NCBI GenBank assembly: GCA_963808625.1
Contig: CAWEHK010000049.1
Location: forward strand, 18,875 to 82,874
Origin: an uncultured delta proteobacterium
GTDB taxonomy: Bacteria; Desulfobacterota; Syntrophobacteria; Syntrophobacterales; Syntrophobacteraceae
Direction of reading: 5' to 3'
Length of the DNA: 64,000 bases
The notes beneath the pieces were generated by a model that made no database searches, was not told where the DNA came from, and saw only the letters and a list, made by a program, of their open reading frames with translations. Of this stretch, positions 53,825-63,085 are shown in pieces. The number at the start of each line of letters is the position of its first letter. Position 1 is the first letter of the stretch. Both the position numbers and the translations under genes were made by a program.

Positions 53825-54527
53825 TCATTTGGTAATGGCGAGGGGGTTGAAGCTCGTGTCGTAATCGTAAACGTCAATGCCTTCGACCCGTTTCAGAAGG
53901 TTCACCACGATATAGGTGAGCGGCGTTGCCGCCGCTTCGTAGCAGGATTTCCCGAGCCACTGGGTGACGATGATTGCGGCCAGGCTGGAGAGCGGCACGG
54001 TGCCAAGGAAAGCCAGGGAGATGAAGACGAGGGAATCCAGACCCTGGCCGACAATGGTCGAGCCGATTGTCCGCGTCCACAGCCACCGCCCCTTGGTGGC
54101 GATTTTCATTTTGGCCAGCACCAGAGAATTGGCAAATTCACCGACTAGATAGGCCGCAAAAGAGGCGGCGAGCAGCCGGGGAGTGCAGCCCAGGATCTGC
54201 TCATAGGCTTCCTGACCATGCCAGAATGGTGCTGCGGGCAGCATTTGCCCACCCCAAACGGCTGCCACCGCGATGACGTTGCAGAGAAACGCCCAGCCAG
54301 ATCACCTGGCGCGCTTTTGCATAACCATACACCTCGGTCAGAACATCACCGGCAATGTAGCTGATCGGGAAAATAATGATGGCGGCCGGGAGCACGAGAC
54401 CAAAGATGCTGATCAGTTTCACGGCAATGATGTTCGCGGTAACCAAGGACGTAATGAAGACGGCGGTGATGAGGATAAACCATTTGGAATATCCTTGAGG
54501 TGAAGACCCGAGAATTTCCTGTTCCAT
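53825..54527 (-). CDS. yhhQ: Queuosine precursor (preQ0) transporter, YhhQ/DUF165; frameshifted
   Basis: TANIIAVK, FPISYIAGDVLTEVYG, ASFAAYLVGEF, WLWTRTIGSTIVGQGLDS. Confidence 0.9.
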
Positions 54528-54654
54528 TATGTAACCCTCCCGGTTGAATGGAAGCTGTAAACAGAGGCTCTGACCCTGCCTGACGGCATAATATCGCCTT
54601 CTGAGGCAAATTTGGCAACCGCTTGCTCGCAACCGGAGGCCGAAGAGCGAGGGT

Positions 54655-55049
54655 TATGCCTGTATGCATCAAGCTAACTTCACTGCCCTGAAGGGGCTTC
54701 ATAGATGAGCCCAGGGTCAGCGATAGCGCCACCCTGGGGAGCCAAGTACAACACGAACGGCTACCCTGAAGGGGTTACATAAAACATACCGATTCAACGA
54801 TTTATCTAACCCTTTCAGGGTAAGCGGAAAGGGGATTGGGCTCCTCATCCCAGAGTGGCGCTCTGCTGCCCCCGGGCTATTCCATGAAGCCTTACAGCAT
54901 TCTGCGGTTCCTTGTGCAATATTCGATATTCGGCTTGCTGCCCCCGGGCTATTCCATGAAGCCCTTTCAGGGCATTCATCAGCCGGCTGGCAACCAGTCA
55001 CGGGCATAGCTCTACCTTGGGTAAACCTTAGCTTGATGCAGATGGGATA
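54655..55049. mobile_element. MITE-like element (TIR TATGCCTGTATGCATCAAGCTAA / TTAGCTTGATGCAGATGGGATA) carrying GCCCTGAAGGGGC REP-like repeats
   Basis: ~22-bp TIRs; internal CCCTGAAGGGG/CCCTTTCAGGG pairs and duplicated CCCCCGGGCTATTCCATGAAGCC. Confidence 0.72.
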
Positions 55050-55366
55050 AGCCTCTTACGCTGAGCTCATGTCCCAGGGCACCGGTGGGTGGCACCCCTC
55101 GGTCATTCGCGTCAATGCTTGCAGCGTTTTTGCGCTTGCCCGTCTATCTAAACCTTCTTAGCCCCACCGGTCAAAACGAAAGGAGAAGACTCGGCTTTTT
55201 CTCCGTGATGGGCTTTCCAGGCTGCAATCCATCGGTTAGGATTTCAAACCAGCCCGAGGGCCTGGCAGGTTACTCGATCACTTTCAGCCACCTCGCGGAC
55301 CTTAAAGTTGCTCGTGTGTCATGATTTATTGCGAACAAAAAGATTCCTTCCGGGGAGATCGGTGTT

Positions 55367-55549
55367 ATGGATGGAAACAAAAGCGGCGGCGGACAGGGCC
55401 TTCCGTTCCTCAGCGGATGGCAGACAAAGTGCCATAAGTGCGGAGACGTGCTGCCCCTCCTGCATCCCCATATCGTCGTCGAAAGATACGACGAGCAGGA
55501 AAACATGATTTGCGAGACCTGCTACGAGAGCCTTTGCGCTGAAACATAA
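55367..55549 (+). CDS. Small CxxC..CxxC zinc-ribbon-like protein
   Basis: CHKC and CETC; GGGGAG RBS upstream. Confidence 0.55.
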   Translation: MDGNKSGGGQGLPFLSGWQTKCHKCGDVLPLLHPHIVVERYDEQENMICETCYESLCAET

Positions 55550-55768
55550 GCAGCCCCATCCTCGGCGAAGATTATCGGTTTGCCAAGGTTCGTGTTTCTT
55601 TCTAAGAAAAGACCATCCCTCTCCTTTTTTTTCAAAAAGAGGCTCTCGCCCTAACCTTCGCGCCATCCCAATATCCTGGCAGCCCTTAAAGAATGCCTTC
55701 AACTCTCCTTTAAGAGTCCTCGGGGATGGTTAACATTATATCCTGAACCCTTTCATAAGGAGGTTGAC

Positions 55769-55972
55769 ATGACGATTGACCGATTAGTTCTTGCTTTTGC
55801 AGGAAGCTTCGTGCTTTTGAGCCTCCTGCTTTCCCGAATCCACAGTCCCTACTGGCTGTTGTTTACGGCGTTCGTGGGGGCGAATCTTCTGCAGGCATCG
55901 TTTACCGGTTTTTGCCCTATGGCCAAAATTTTAAAGGCACTCGGCTTTAAACCGGGAGAAGCTTTTAACTGA
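55769..55972 (+). CDS. DUF2892/YgaP-like small membrane protein
   Basis: [28 protein letters not shown] motif. Confidence 0.85.
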   Translation: MTIDRLVLAFAGSFVLLSLLLSRIHSPYWLLFTAFVGANLLQASFTGFCPMAKILKALGFKPGEAFN

Positions 55973-56260
55973 TTACCCGCGGTTGCAGGCCGGGGATTTC
56001 TGCGTTAAGTAACCATCTTGAAATTCCTGGCATCTCCTCCCCCTTCGGCGGGGAAGGCTGGGTGGGGGTTTAATTGAAAGCGTATCCCCACCTCCCCCCA
56101 GCCCTTCCCAGCGAGGGAGGAGAGTTTTGAAATAGATCGACAAAATCTATAATTGCGGGGGATTCCTATTTTGTGAGGCGCGAGTTGGTTCGTGGATATG
56201 AAATGGGCCAACCGAAAGTAAATTTAATCAAAAGCTTAGATGAGTTAAGGAGGAAAGAGA

Positions 56261-56365
56261 GTGGCCAATTTCAAATGCAGCAAATGCGGGTTTGAAAAAG
56301 AAGGCAAGTGCAAACCGCAAAAATGCCCTAATTGCGGCGAAAAAAAGAGCTTTGAAAAGAAATAG
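56261..56365 (+). CDS. 34-aa rubredoxin-like (RCKP-type) protein, below ORF-track cutoff
   Basis: AAGGAGG RBS, GTG start; MANFKCSKCGFEKEGKCKPQKCPNCGEKKSFEKK*. Confidence 0.8.
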   Translation: MANFKCSKCGFEKEGKCKPQKCPNCGEKKSFEKK

Positions 56366-56369
56366 ATGC

Positions 56370-56586
56370 TCTGAGCACTGAAACTGAGCAGACCGAAGAT
56401 TTTGTGAGCCTCTGCCGCCGAGCTTTCAAGGAATATGGGGCGTCCCCATCGGGGAGCAGCTGCGCCGTGCGGGAACCGACCTGGGGGGATGCGCTTGCCA
56501 TCACCCGGAGCTTACGCGTCGAAGGCGACCTGAATGCCCGGCGCCTGGCCGAAGAGATTGAAAAGGCTTGCCCTGCCGCTGTCTAA
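56370..56586 (+). pseudogene. Small hypothetical remnant at the left edge of the TA mosaic
   Basis: STETEQTEDFVSLCRRAFKEYG..DALAITRSLRVEGDLNARRLAEEIEKAC; no clean start; followed by abrupt junction. Confidence 0.45.
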
Positions 56587-56588
56587 AA

Positions 56589-56634
56589 GTCGCACCAGAT
56601 CGGAGAGAGCTTCACTCGTCCATTTCAGTTCCAT
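56589..56634 (-). pseudogene. N-terminal stub of RelE/ParE toxin
   Basis: MELKWTSEALSDLVR matches the start of 62810..63085, then breaks off. Confidence 0.8.
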
Positions 56635-56894
56635 CAGCGAGGCGCCGGCAGCGGGTTGTCGGTGTCAAGGCTGTCCGCCCACGCCAGCTCAGCCTGGTGG
56701 TCGATAACATGCCCCGCATCGACATCGGCCAACGCCTCCAGGGTCAGCCGACGGCGTTCTTCTTCCTGCTCAACCCAAGCAGCCAATGCCTGTTTAATGA
56801 TCCAGCCGCGCGAGCGCTCCAAGCGGGCGGCCAACTGATCGACTTTCTCGGCTAACGACAAAGGGACGTGCGCAGTTAGCACCTTGGTCGTCAT
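56634..56894 (-). CDS. CopG/RHH antitoxin, copy 1
   Basis: MTTKVLTAHVPLSLAEKVDQLAARLERSRGWIIKQAL; nearly identical to 63085..63345. Confidence 0.88.
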   Translation of the reverse strand: MTTKVLTAHVPLSLAEKVDQLAARLERSRGWIIKQALAAWVEQEEERRRLTLEALADVDAGHVIDHQAELAWADSLDTDNPLPAPR

Positions 56895-56972
56895 TTGGAA
56901 TCTCCCTTCAAGGACGACAGAATCCGCGCCTCGTAGGCCGCATGATGCCGCCCACCGACCACACCATTACAC

Positions 56973-57296
56973 TCATGCTTGTAATCCGTCATGCAAAACA
57001 TGATGACGGGACCGAAAAGTGACGTTAACTTCAAGATCCTCATCAAGCTTCCCGAGTATCGTAATCATCCGATCAAGCGTAAAGCGTTCAAGCTTTGCGT
57101 TCCGAATGCGTGAAAACTCCGAATGTGCAACACCTGTCAGCCTTTCGGCCTCACGTGTCGATAAGCCGCGATCGTCAAGCGTGCGGATGATCTTCGCTGC
57201 AAGAAGGGCGCGGGCCTGTTCAACACAGGGGTTAACGCGGCCAAAGTCACGAAACACGTTGCCGCTGCCGCGAATAAGTTCAAAGTCGTCGTTCAT
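56973..57296 (-). CDS. higA: HigA-type HTH antitoxin
   Basis: GSGNVFRDFG..LSTREAERLTGV..FSRIRN..RFTLDRM. Confidence 0.85.
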   Translation of the reverse strand: MNDDFELIRGSGNVFRDFGRVNPCVEQARALLAAKIIRTLDDRGLSTREAERLTGVAHSEFSRIRNAKLERFTLDRMITILGKLDEDLEVNVTFRSRHHVLHDGLQA

Positions 57297-57521
57297 CGTA
57301 AAGCCTCCTTCAATCGGTTCAGGCGTTCGCGGATAAGATCAACCTCCATCTGAGGCGTCTCCTTGCCGGTCTTGGATTTCTTCTGAAAGGCGTGGATCAC
57401 CCAAATATCCGCGCCAACCTTGACAGCATAGATCACGCGGAAAGCATCCCCGCGATGTCGGAGCGCGACTTCGAACACGCCTCCGTCAACGCCCTTGAAC
57501 GGCTTGGCCTTGTCCGATTTG
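57293..57521 (-). pseudogene. higB: HigB/RelE (Gp49-like) toxin, N-terminally truncated
   Basis: KAKPFKGVDGGVFEV..AFRVIY..VIHAFQKKS; 5' end replaced by an AAA-gene fragment. Confidence 0.8.
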
Positions 57522-57636
57522 CTCTAAGGTAGTAAAGAAATCGGACGAGATCCTGACCGTCCTCGCCTGGAAGTTCGGCGGGCTTCATCTGCTGCGGGAG
57601 CTTCACCGGCGCTCGCTCCCTCACATCCAGGACATG
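57522..57636 (-). repeat. ~115-bp duplicated internal fragment of the AAA ATPase gene (61950..62063)
   Basis: VRERAPVKLPQQMKPAELPGEDGQDLV is encoded at both sites. Confidence 0.9.
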
Positions 57637-57757
57637 CCCGTGGGCGCCTGGATTGTTCAGTGGGGAAGCATTGCCGCGATGTGCAGCAGAGGGGGGTTAT
57701 TCCTGACCCTTGCTATTACTTTTGCTGTGATGTCGATGTGTTTGCCGTTGCTTCCAG

Positions 57758-58096
57758 TCATGATGGCTGCTGCACCGTAACGGACATTTGCCCCGGTTGC
57801 CCCGTGCTTTGCCGTGCAGCCGGTTTGACCGTAACTTCTACATCCTGCCCAAGGATCGTTAGAAACTCTATTAACCGGCCCACGGATACCGACACGGGGC
57901 GGCAGCGCATAAGCGCTGAGACTTGGGGCTGTGTGGTGCCCAGCAGTTTCGCAGCTTCAGCCTGGGTGAGCCCTCGCTCTTTCAGGAGTCGGTAAATCTG
58001 TACTGTCAGTTTGGCTTTGACCAGCTCTTGCTCCGAATGGGGGAACCCCAAATCAGCAAAAACATTGCCACTGCTTTTTTCGTGATCTGCTATCAT
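57758..58096 (-). CDS. higA: HigA-type HTH antitoxin
   Basis: SSGNVFADLG..LTQAEAAKLLGTTQPQVSAL. Confidence 0.88.
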   Translation of the reverse strand: MIADHEKSSGNVFADLGFPHSEQELVKAKLTVQIYRLLKERGLTQAEAAKLLGTTQPQVSALMRCRPVSVSVGRLIEFLTILGQDVEVTVKPAARQSTGQPGQMSVTVQQPS

Positions 58097-58476
58097 ATCA
58101 ACAACTCCTTATGCCTGTTGGCGTAAAGCCTTTCGGCCTGCTTCAAGCGGTCGCGGATCAAGTCGAGTTCCTGTTTTGGCGTCGTTATTCCGTGTTTTGC
58201 CTTCTTCTGAAAAACATGCAGCACATAAACCTTGGCCGGGAACCGAACGGTATAGATAGCGCGATAGGTATCGCCCCTGTAATCCTCGATCAGTTCAAGC
58301 ACACCCGCCCCGCCAAAACCTTTAAGTGGCTTTGCTTCGGGAGGTTTCTCACCCAATTGGGCCGCATAAAGCGCGTAGCCGAATGTGCGTTGAACGGAAC
58401 GCGGCAAAGCCTGCATATCCTTTCGGCTTGACCCTATCCATTCAAGCTCTTTGGGTTCGCTTTCACGGTCATCCAT
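58093..58476 (-). CDS. higB: HigB/RelE (Gp49-like) toxin
   Basis: WIGSSRKD..FGYAL..AKPLKGFGGAGVLE..TYRAIY..VLHVFQKK. Confidence 0.9.
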   Translation of the reverse strand: MDDRESEPKELEWIGSSRKDMQALPRSVQRTFGYALYAAQLGEKPPEAKPLKGFGGAGVLELIEDYRGDTYRAIYTVRFPAKVYVLHVFQKKAKHGITTPKQELDLIRDRLKQAERLYANRHKELLI

Positions 58477-58599
58477 AACTATTTCATTATATAGATTTTT
58501 ATATTAAGAGTCAAACAAAAACTCCCTCCGGGTTCGATCTCTCCAGGTTTCGTTTTCATATGGCGTTTTCTTCGCTTCATTGTCCCCTCGGCATTTTGT

Positions 58600-58752
58600 C
58601 TCCACCGGCCGCCGTCTTTCTTCGACGGGGCCCTCTAGCCAGCAGAGGGCCTCCAGTCCGTGGGCTATGGCGACGGAACAATCCCTCATGCAGACATCCC
58701 GCAGGCGGTCGGGCCAGAGGCTATAGGCCAGGTGCGCCCAGTCGTATTGACT
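58600..58752 (-). pseudogene. 3'-end remnant resembling BREX PglX methyltransferase, copy 1
   Basis: QYDWAHLAYSLWPDRLRDVCMRDCSVAIAHGLEALC; PglX similarity from recall. Confidence 0.6.
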
Positions 58753-58780
58753 TGGCGCGACCTCGCCTGTTGGGCGATGT

Positions 58781-58830
58781 CCTGTCATTCCGCGAAAAGA
58801 TCTTGTGGCTTGAAGAAGGCGCCAGGCTCG
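58781..58830. repeat. ~50-bp dispersed repeat D; copy at 59728..59777
   Basis: CCTGTCATTC.G.G.AAAGA.CTTGTGGCTTGAAGAA.GCGCCAGG.TCG. Confidence 0.85.
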
Positions 58831-58883
58831 CCCTTGCGTTCAAAGCGGCGCGCGAGCAGCGCAAGACCAATCCTCCCGATCCG

Positions 58884-58959
58884 CACCCGTGATTCAGTTC
58901 TCCATCAGCGGCGCCGTGACATCCCGGAATAATCCCTTCGGTTCGACCTGCACGGAGTG
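58884..58959. repeat. ~75-bp dispersed repeat A; copy at 63552..63627
   Basis: GATTCAGTTC....TCAGCGGCGCCGTGAC..CCCGGAATAA..CC.TCGGTT.GACCTGCACG. Confidence 0.85.
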
Positions 58960-58975
58960 ATCGCTCAATGTCCTG

Positions 58976-59266
58976 TTAGGAGTCAAATAGCACGGGGATG
59001 TTGCGCGCTCCGTGCAGGATGCGTTCAATGCGAACGTTTTTGGAATCGACGGTGTAGAAAATCAGGTAATGACCAAAAGCCACCATGCGAATGCCCTCCC
59101 CAAGCTCATGCCGTAAAGGAGCGCCTGTCGGGGCAGCAGTAATTTTGAGACACCGCTCTCGAATTTCACGGATGAAAGAAACAGCGCGGGGTGGATTGTC
59201 GCGAGCTATGTAATCGCCAATCTCTTCAAGATCGTGTTCAGCGAGCGGAGAAAACACGCATTGCAT
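58976..59266 (-). CDS. parE: ParE toxin
   Basis: FSPLAEHDLEEIGDYIARDNP..YLIFY..IERILHGAR. Confidence 0.9.
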   Translation of the reverse strand: MQCVFSPLAEHDLEEIGDYIARDNPPRAVSFIREIRERCLKITAAPTGAPLRHELGEGIRMVAFGHYLIFYTVDSKNVRIERILHGARNIPVLFDS

Positions 59267-59280
59267 GAGATATCTCAGGG

Positions 59281-59535
59281 TTAGCTTGTCATCTTGCGAT
59301 ATTTCGCTTCGAGGCGATCAAAAATCTTGTCAGCCGGAATGCTGGGGCCGCTTTCCTTGCCCTCCTGAACCTGCTGACGAAGATTTCTCATTTGTGTTTC
59401 CCGCAGCTCCTCGCGCTCTTCCAAGAGACGCAAAGCATCGCGGATAACTTCGCTTGCGCTGCTGTAGCGTCCGCTTCCGACTTGCCGCTTAATGAATCCT
59501 TCAAAATGCTTTCCTACTGCATAGCTGGATGGCAT
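59281..59535 (-). CDS. parD: ParD (CC2985-type) antitoxin
   Basis: HFEGFIKRQVGSGRYSSASEVIRDALRLL. Confidence 0.9.
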   Translation of the reverse strand: MPSSYAVGKHFEGFIKRQVGSGRYSSASEVIRDALRLLEEREELRETQMRNLRQQVQEGKESGPSIPADKIFDRLEAKYRKMTS

Positions 59536-59848
59536 GGCCCAATCCTCCCTTATCAAATATTATCGATTATTGATAACACAGCATAGTTTTGGTTTCAAAC
59601 CATAAATTTTTCCGAAGCGTGAATGCCTTCGCGAAAGGCATGCCAGTCAAATCGGCAGCAAGGCCGTGTCTCGGGAAAGGCCGCATCCTGTTGCGGCAGG
59701 TTCACCGGATCAGGTATTTGGTGCCAGCCTGTCATTCAGGGGAAAGACCTTGTGGCTTGAAGAAAGCGCCAGGATCGAGAAAGATGGCGCACTTCCCCAC
59801 AGGCTCCCTGCTGTTCGTCTGCAATCTCATTGCAGTACCTATTGGGGA

Positions 59849-60216
59849 TTACGATAGTGAAGTGGCCGATGGTTCTGGGGTAGCCAATGGGGCCAGGGCG
59901 ATCCTGATGCACGCACACACCCCCTGCCAATCCCGGTCTGACAGATGACCGACAAGTACAGGATGAGTATGAGTAGTGGGGGTAGCGTGGCGAGAAAGCA
60001 CCGGAAGACTGATGGAACTCGCAAGCCCGCCTGTGCCCAATCTTGCAGTACGTGGTCCGTGGGTCCAATGGCAGTGGATTGGCTGGTGATGAGACCGACG
60101 ACCACATCAGGACGCGTGGCATGATAGACCGGAGATGACACGATTACGGTCGGCCGGCGTTTGATACCCGTCACACCTGGGAGGTCAATCGCCACCACAT
60201 CACCCGGATCAAACAA
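59849..60216 (-). CDS. mazF: PemK/MazF toxin, frameshift near 59980
   Basis: PGDVVAIDLPGVTGIKRRPTVIVS..DVVVGLITS..DWAQAGL..PS; GHLSDRDW in the next frame. Confidence 0.82.
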
Positions 60217-60382
60217 GGCTCTCCTCCTCTGGGTAGAGCTCCTCCGCATGCTTTAACGAGAAGGATGTCAGGTCCGCCTGATCCCTTTCGCTCCAGGCGT
60301 CGCTTTGATCCACAACGACCACGTCGGGAAGTGCCAGTTCCTGAAAAAGCTGCGCTGCGTGAGGATTTGGAATCAGGCTCAT
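60209..60382 (-). CDS. 57-aa acidic protein overlapping the mazF start (putative antitoxin)
   Basis: Manual translation MSLIPNP..DQSDAWSERDQADLTSFSLKHAEELYPEEESLV*. Confidence 0.6.
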   Translation of the reverse strand: MSLIPNPHAAQLFQELALPDVVVVDQSDAWSERDQADLTSFSLKHAEELYPEEESLV

Positions 60383-60549
60383 TTCTTTATCTGCTGCTCT
60401 CTCAAGCGGCGCTGATGATCAAACATCCCCTCATTTTGCCTTTTCCAATATGCTGCCTTCTCCTCAGGTGTGAGGTCCTTCGTTTCTTCGTAAATGCGAA
60501 GGGAACCGCGCCGCTTCATTTCCACGCAATCAAAGCTCTTGGTTTTCAT
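60379..60549 (-). CDS. 56-aa helical protein, putative partner of the PIN toxin
   Basis: GGAGG RBS; MKTKSFDCVEMKRRGSLRIYEETKDLTPEEKAAYWKRQ... Confidence 0.65.
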   Translation of the reverse strand: MKTKSFDCVEMKRRGSLRIYEETKDLTPEEKAAYWKRQNEGMFDHQRRLREQQIKK

Positions 60550-60765
60550 AGGAAATTACCTCCTCCAGCTTACTATCATCGGACATCCCGCAACGGTAGC
60601 CAAAGCTACATGAAGAAGATCGGCCTCCCACCGGGGCGCCACAATGCCCGCACGAAGGTAGGCCTGTTGGAGTTGCAGGGCTTCTTCAGTAACTGAAATA
60701 CCTTCGACTAAAGAGAGCATCTCAGCAAACAACTGTTGACCAGTTTCTTGTGCAGGAACGACGTG
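60530..60765 (-). pseudogene. PIN-domain toxin remnant with missing N-terminus and internal deletion
   Basis: EEALQLQQAYLRAGIV..DLLHVALATVAGCPMIVSW joined directly to EVISYENQEL*. Confidence 0.65.
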
Positions 60766-60834
60766 AACTTCATCGGGTTCACTCCGATTCAGCAGAGAAG
60801 CAAGGGCAGGGAAGCGTTTGGACCGTACCTTCCT

Positions 60835-61452
60835 TCATGGAAGAACTTTGCCGCCGCTGAGTTTAAGGATAGTGTTCACCAAGGCTTTGAGCTCTGAACA
60901 GTGATTGACGGCCTCAGATAAATCGTTGTCTCGTAAGATGCGCCCCGCATCGCGCGGTTTGACATAGCTGGCCCGGCACTGACCGATCTCGAAGATTTCC
61001 TTTATCCGATGCGCGGGCGGATTGTCGTGGTTGACGTCTTCCGGATTCCCTGTGGGTGCCGCTTTGTTGTGGCCTGCCAGGCGCTGGATGGTTGTCCAAT
61101 AGGGCAGCAACCACGCTTCGAAGTCAAACTGAGCGGCATGGGGATGGAATTTTTCATCATCACCGACCCAACGGCGCATTTTGTCCTTGGCGTCCGACGC
61201 ATCCTGGAAATCCGGCGGTCTGCTGCCGGTATAAACGTCAGTCAAAGCGATAACGTGGTCGGTCGGCCGGCAACGATCCCTCAAGAGTCCTTGCACAACA
61301 CGCTTTAATTTATCTCCAGTGGGAATCCGACCGTCATAGGGGAAAGGGTCCAGGTTAGGCATTCGACCACGCAGTCGGGCCTCCAGATATTTCCTCAGAT
61401 GTGGCATAAAGGCCTTTTCGGTTTTTCCCTCGACGATAATGGCAATCCTCAT
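60835..61452 (-). CDS. DUF4276 (TOPRIM-like) protein
   Basis: MRIAIIVEGKTE, ALTDVY, FEAWLL, NPEDVN, YVKPRD. Confidence 0.78.
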   Translation of the reverse strand: MRIAIIVEGKTEKAFMPHLRKYLEARLRGRMPNLDPFPYDGRIPTGDKLKRVVQGLLRDRCRPTDHVIALTDVYTGSRPPDFQDASDAKDKMRRWVGDDEKFHPHAAQFDFEAWLLPYWTTIQRLAGHNKAAPTGNPEDVNHDNPPAHRIKEIFEIGQCRASYVKPRDAGRILRDNDLSEAVNHCSELKALVNTILKLSGGKVLP

Positions 61453-62588
61453 GAACGGCCTCCCATCCGGCCCATCCGCCAGACCTCGTCCAGGGTGTAA
61501 TCCGAGAGCCATTCGTCAAGATCGCAGGCGTCCGCCCAAACAGCACTGGCACAGCCATCATCCATGATATCCATGACGACGACTTCTTCAGGCTTCAAGA
61601 ACCTGATCAGGCGATCCGAATGGGTAGCCACAATCAGTTGCGTTCGCGTCGAGGCTTCACGCATGAGTTCAGACAGGATGCTCAGTAACTCCGGGTGGAG
61701 GCTCACTTCCGGTTCGTCGATCATCGTAATGGTTGAAAGGCCCGGGCTTTGCAAAAGAGCTGTCAACCAGAGAAAACGCAGAATGCCCTCCGAGAGTTGA
61801 TGCATGTATATCGGCTTTTTGAACTGCTTTTCCTTCCACGTCATGGTCAGCATTCCGGCGGCAACCGGAGGAAAACTCAGGGATTCAAAACCGGGAAAGG
61901 CCGCTTGGAGCGTATCGATAATTATTTCGTATCGTTCGGGATCGCTTTCTCTCAGGTAGTAAAGGAATGGGACGAGATCCTGACCGTCCTCGCCGGGAAG
62001 TTCGGCGGGCTTCATCTGCTGCGGGAGCTTCACCGGCGCTCGCTCTCTCACATCCAGGACATGATACTGAGTGGCTGAGCTCAGAATTCGCCGCATTTCC
62101 TCCGGCTGCCGAAACATCTTGGGGACCTGGGACAAAGAGGTCTCCAACGGGTTGTGATCCCAACTCGGGCGCACAAGTGTCTCTTTATCAATCTCATAAT
62201 ACCTGATGTCGTCATAGAGAGACTGAATGTGCATGAATGGGCCAGTGTATCCCTTTCTCACCTGGGTGAGGGTCTCCGATGAGACAGCATACGAGGACCC
62301 CTTTGGAGCAAGGTGAAGATCATATTTAAGGGGTTCGTGGCCCGGCACATCCTGGTCAATGGACAATGAGACCTCATGTCCACGATCAATAGTCAGGATA
62401 TCGGCAATACCTCCCATGGAATTCAATCTGGCATTCAAATTTCCCGCCGCCGAAGCCGAAAGGAGGGAGAAGGCATCCAAGAGAGAGGTCTTTCCGACAC
62501 CATTGGCCCCAATCATGACCATGAGGGGACGCATCGTCAAATCGATATTATAAAGACGCCTGAATCCCTTGATTTTTACGTGGTTCAT
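61449..62588 (-). CDS. AAA_21/ABC-family ATPase
   Basis: GANGVGKT, QLSEG, MIDEPEVSLHP, VATHS. Confidence 0.9.
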   Translation of the reverse strand: MNHVKIKGFRRLYNIDLTMRPLMVMIGANGVGKTSLLDAFSLLSASAAGNLNARLNSMGGIADILTIDRGHEVSLSIDQDVPGHEPLKYDLHLAPKGSSYAVSSETLTQVRKGYTGPFMHIQSLYDDIRYYEIDKETLVRPSWDHNPLETSLSQVPKMFRQPEEMRRILSSATQYHVLDVRERAPVKLPQQMKPAELPGEDGQDLVPFLYYLRESDPERYEIIIDTLQAAFPGFESLSFPPVAAGMLTMTWKEKQFKKPIYMHQLSEGILRFLWLTALLQSPGLSTITMIDEPEVSLHPELLSILSELMREASTRTQLIVATHSDRLIRFLKPEEVVVMDIMDDGCASAVWADACDLDEWLSDYTLDEVWRMGRMGGRS

Positions 62589-62616
62589 TCTATACATCTC
62601 CAGCATCTCCTGTGGG

Positions 62617-62783
62617 TTAGCTCGTTTTACGGCACCGGTCGCCTCTTTTCTTCGCGGGGGCGTCTACCTGGCAGAGGCCTTTCAGCCCGTGGGCTATCGC
62701 GATGGAACAATCCCTCTTGCAGATATCCCGCACGCGGTAGGGCCAGATGGTATGGGCCAGGTGCTTCCAGTCGTATTACCTTG
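62617..62783 (-). pseudogene. 3'-end remnant resembling BREX PglX, copy 2
   Basis: YDWKHLAHTIWPYRVRDICKRDCSIAIAHGLKGLCQVDAPAKKR..*; homologous to 58600..58752. Confidence 0.6.
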
Positions 62784-62809
62784 GTCCGGCCGCGTCTGCC
62801 GGCTGACAA

Positions 62810-63085
62810 CTATCGATCTTCCCGCGTATGCCATAGGCGCAGCACGTAGATGATCGATTCCCGGATTTCGTATCGCATCTCGTAATGTCCCACGAGGATG
62901 CGGCGAACCTCGCGCGGCTCGAATTCTTCAAGCTTCTCACCGATGTGCGGGTGCTCCAGGAGACGGCTCGGGGCTGCGGTCAGCGACTGCACGGTGCGAG
63001 CGGCGGCGCGTTTGTTGACCGGCGCCAGGAAGTCATAAAGCCGCACCAGATCGGAAAGAGCTTTACTCGTCCATTTCAGTTCCAT
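62810..63085 (-). CDS. RelE/ParE toxin
   Basis: MELKWTSKALSDLVRLYDFL..EVRRILVGHYEMRY..LRLWHTREDR. Confidence 0.9.
   Translation of the reverse strand: MELKWTSKALSDLVRLYDFLAPVNKRAAARTVQSLTAAPSRLLEHPHIGEKLEEFEPREVRRILVGHYEMRYEIRESIIYVLRLWHTREDR

Noticed and set aside
54528..54655. preQ1 riboswitch upstream of yhhQ
   Set aside because: No recognisable preQ1-I stem-loop with A-rich tail was found.
55180..55270. Run of four small hairpins as a structured ncRNA
   Set aside because: Stems are short and GC-driven and match no family I recognise; covariation data would be needed.
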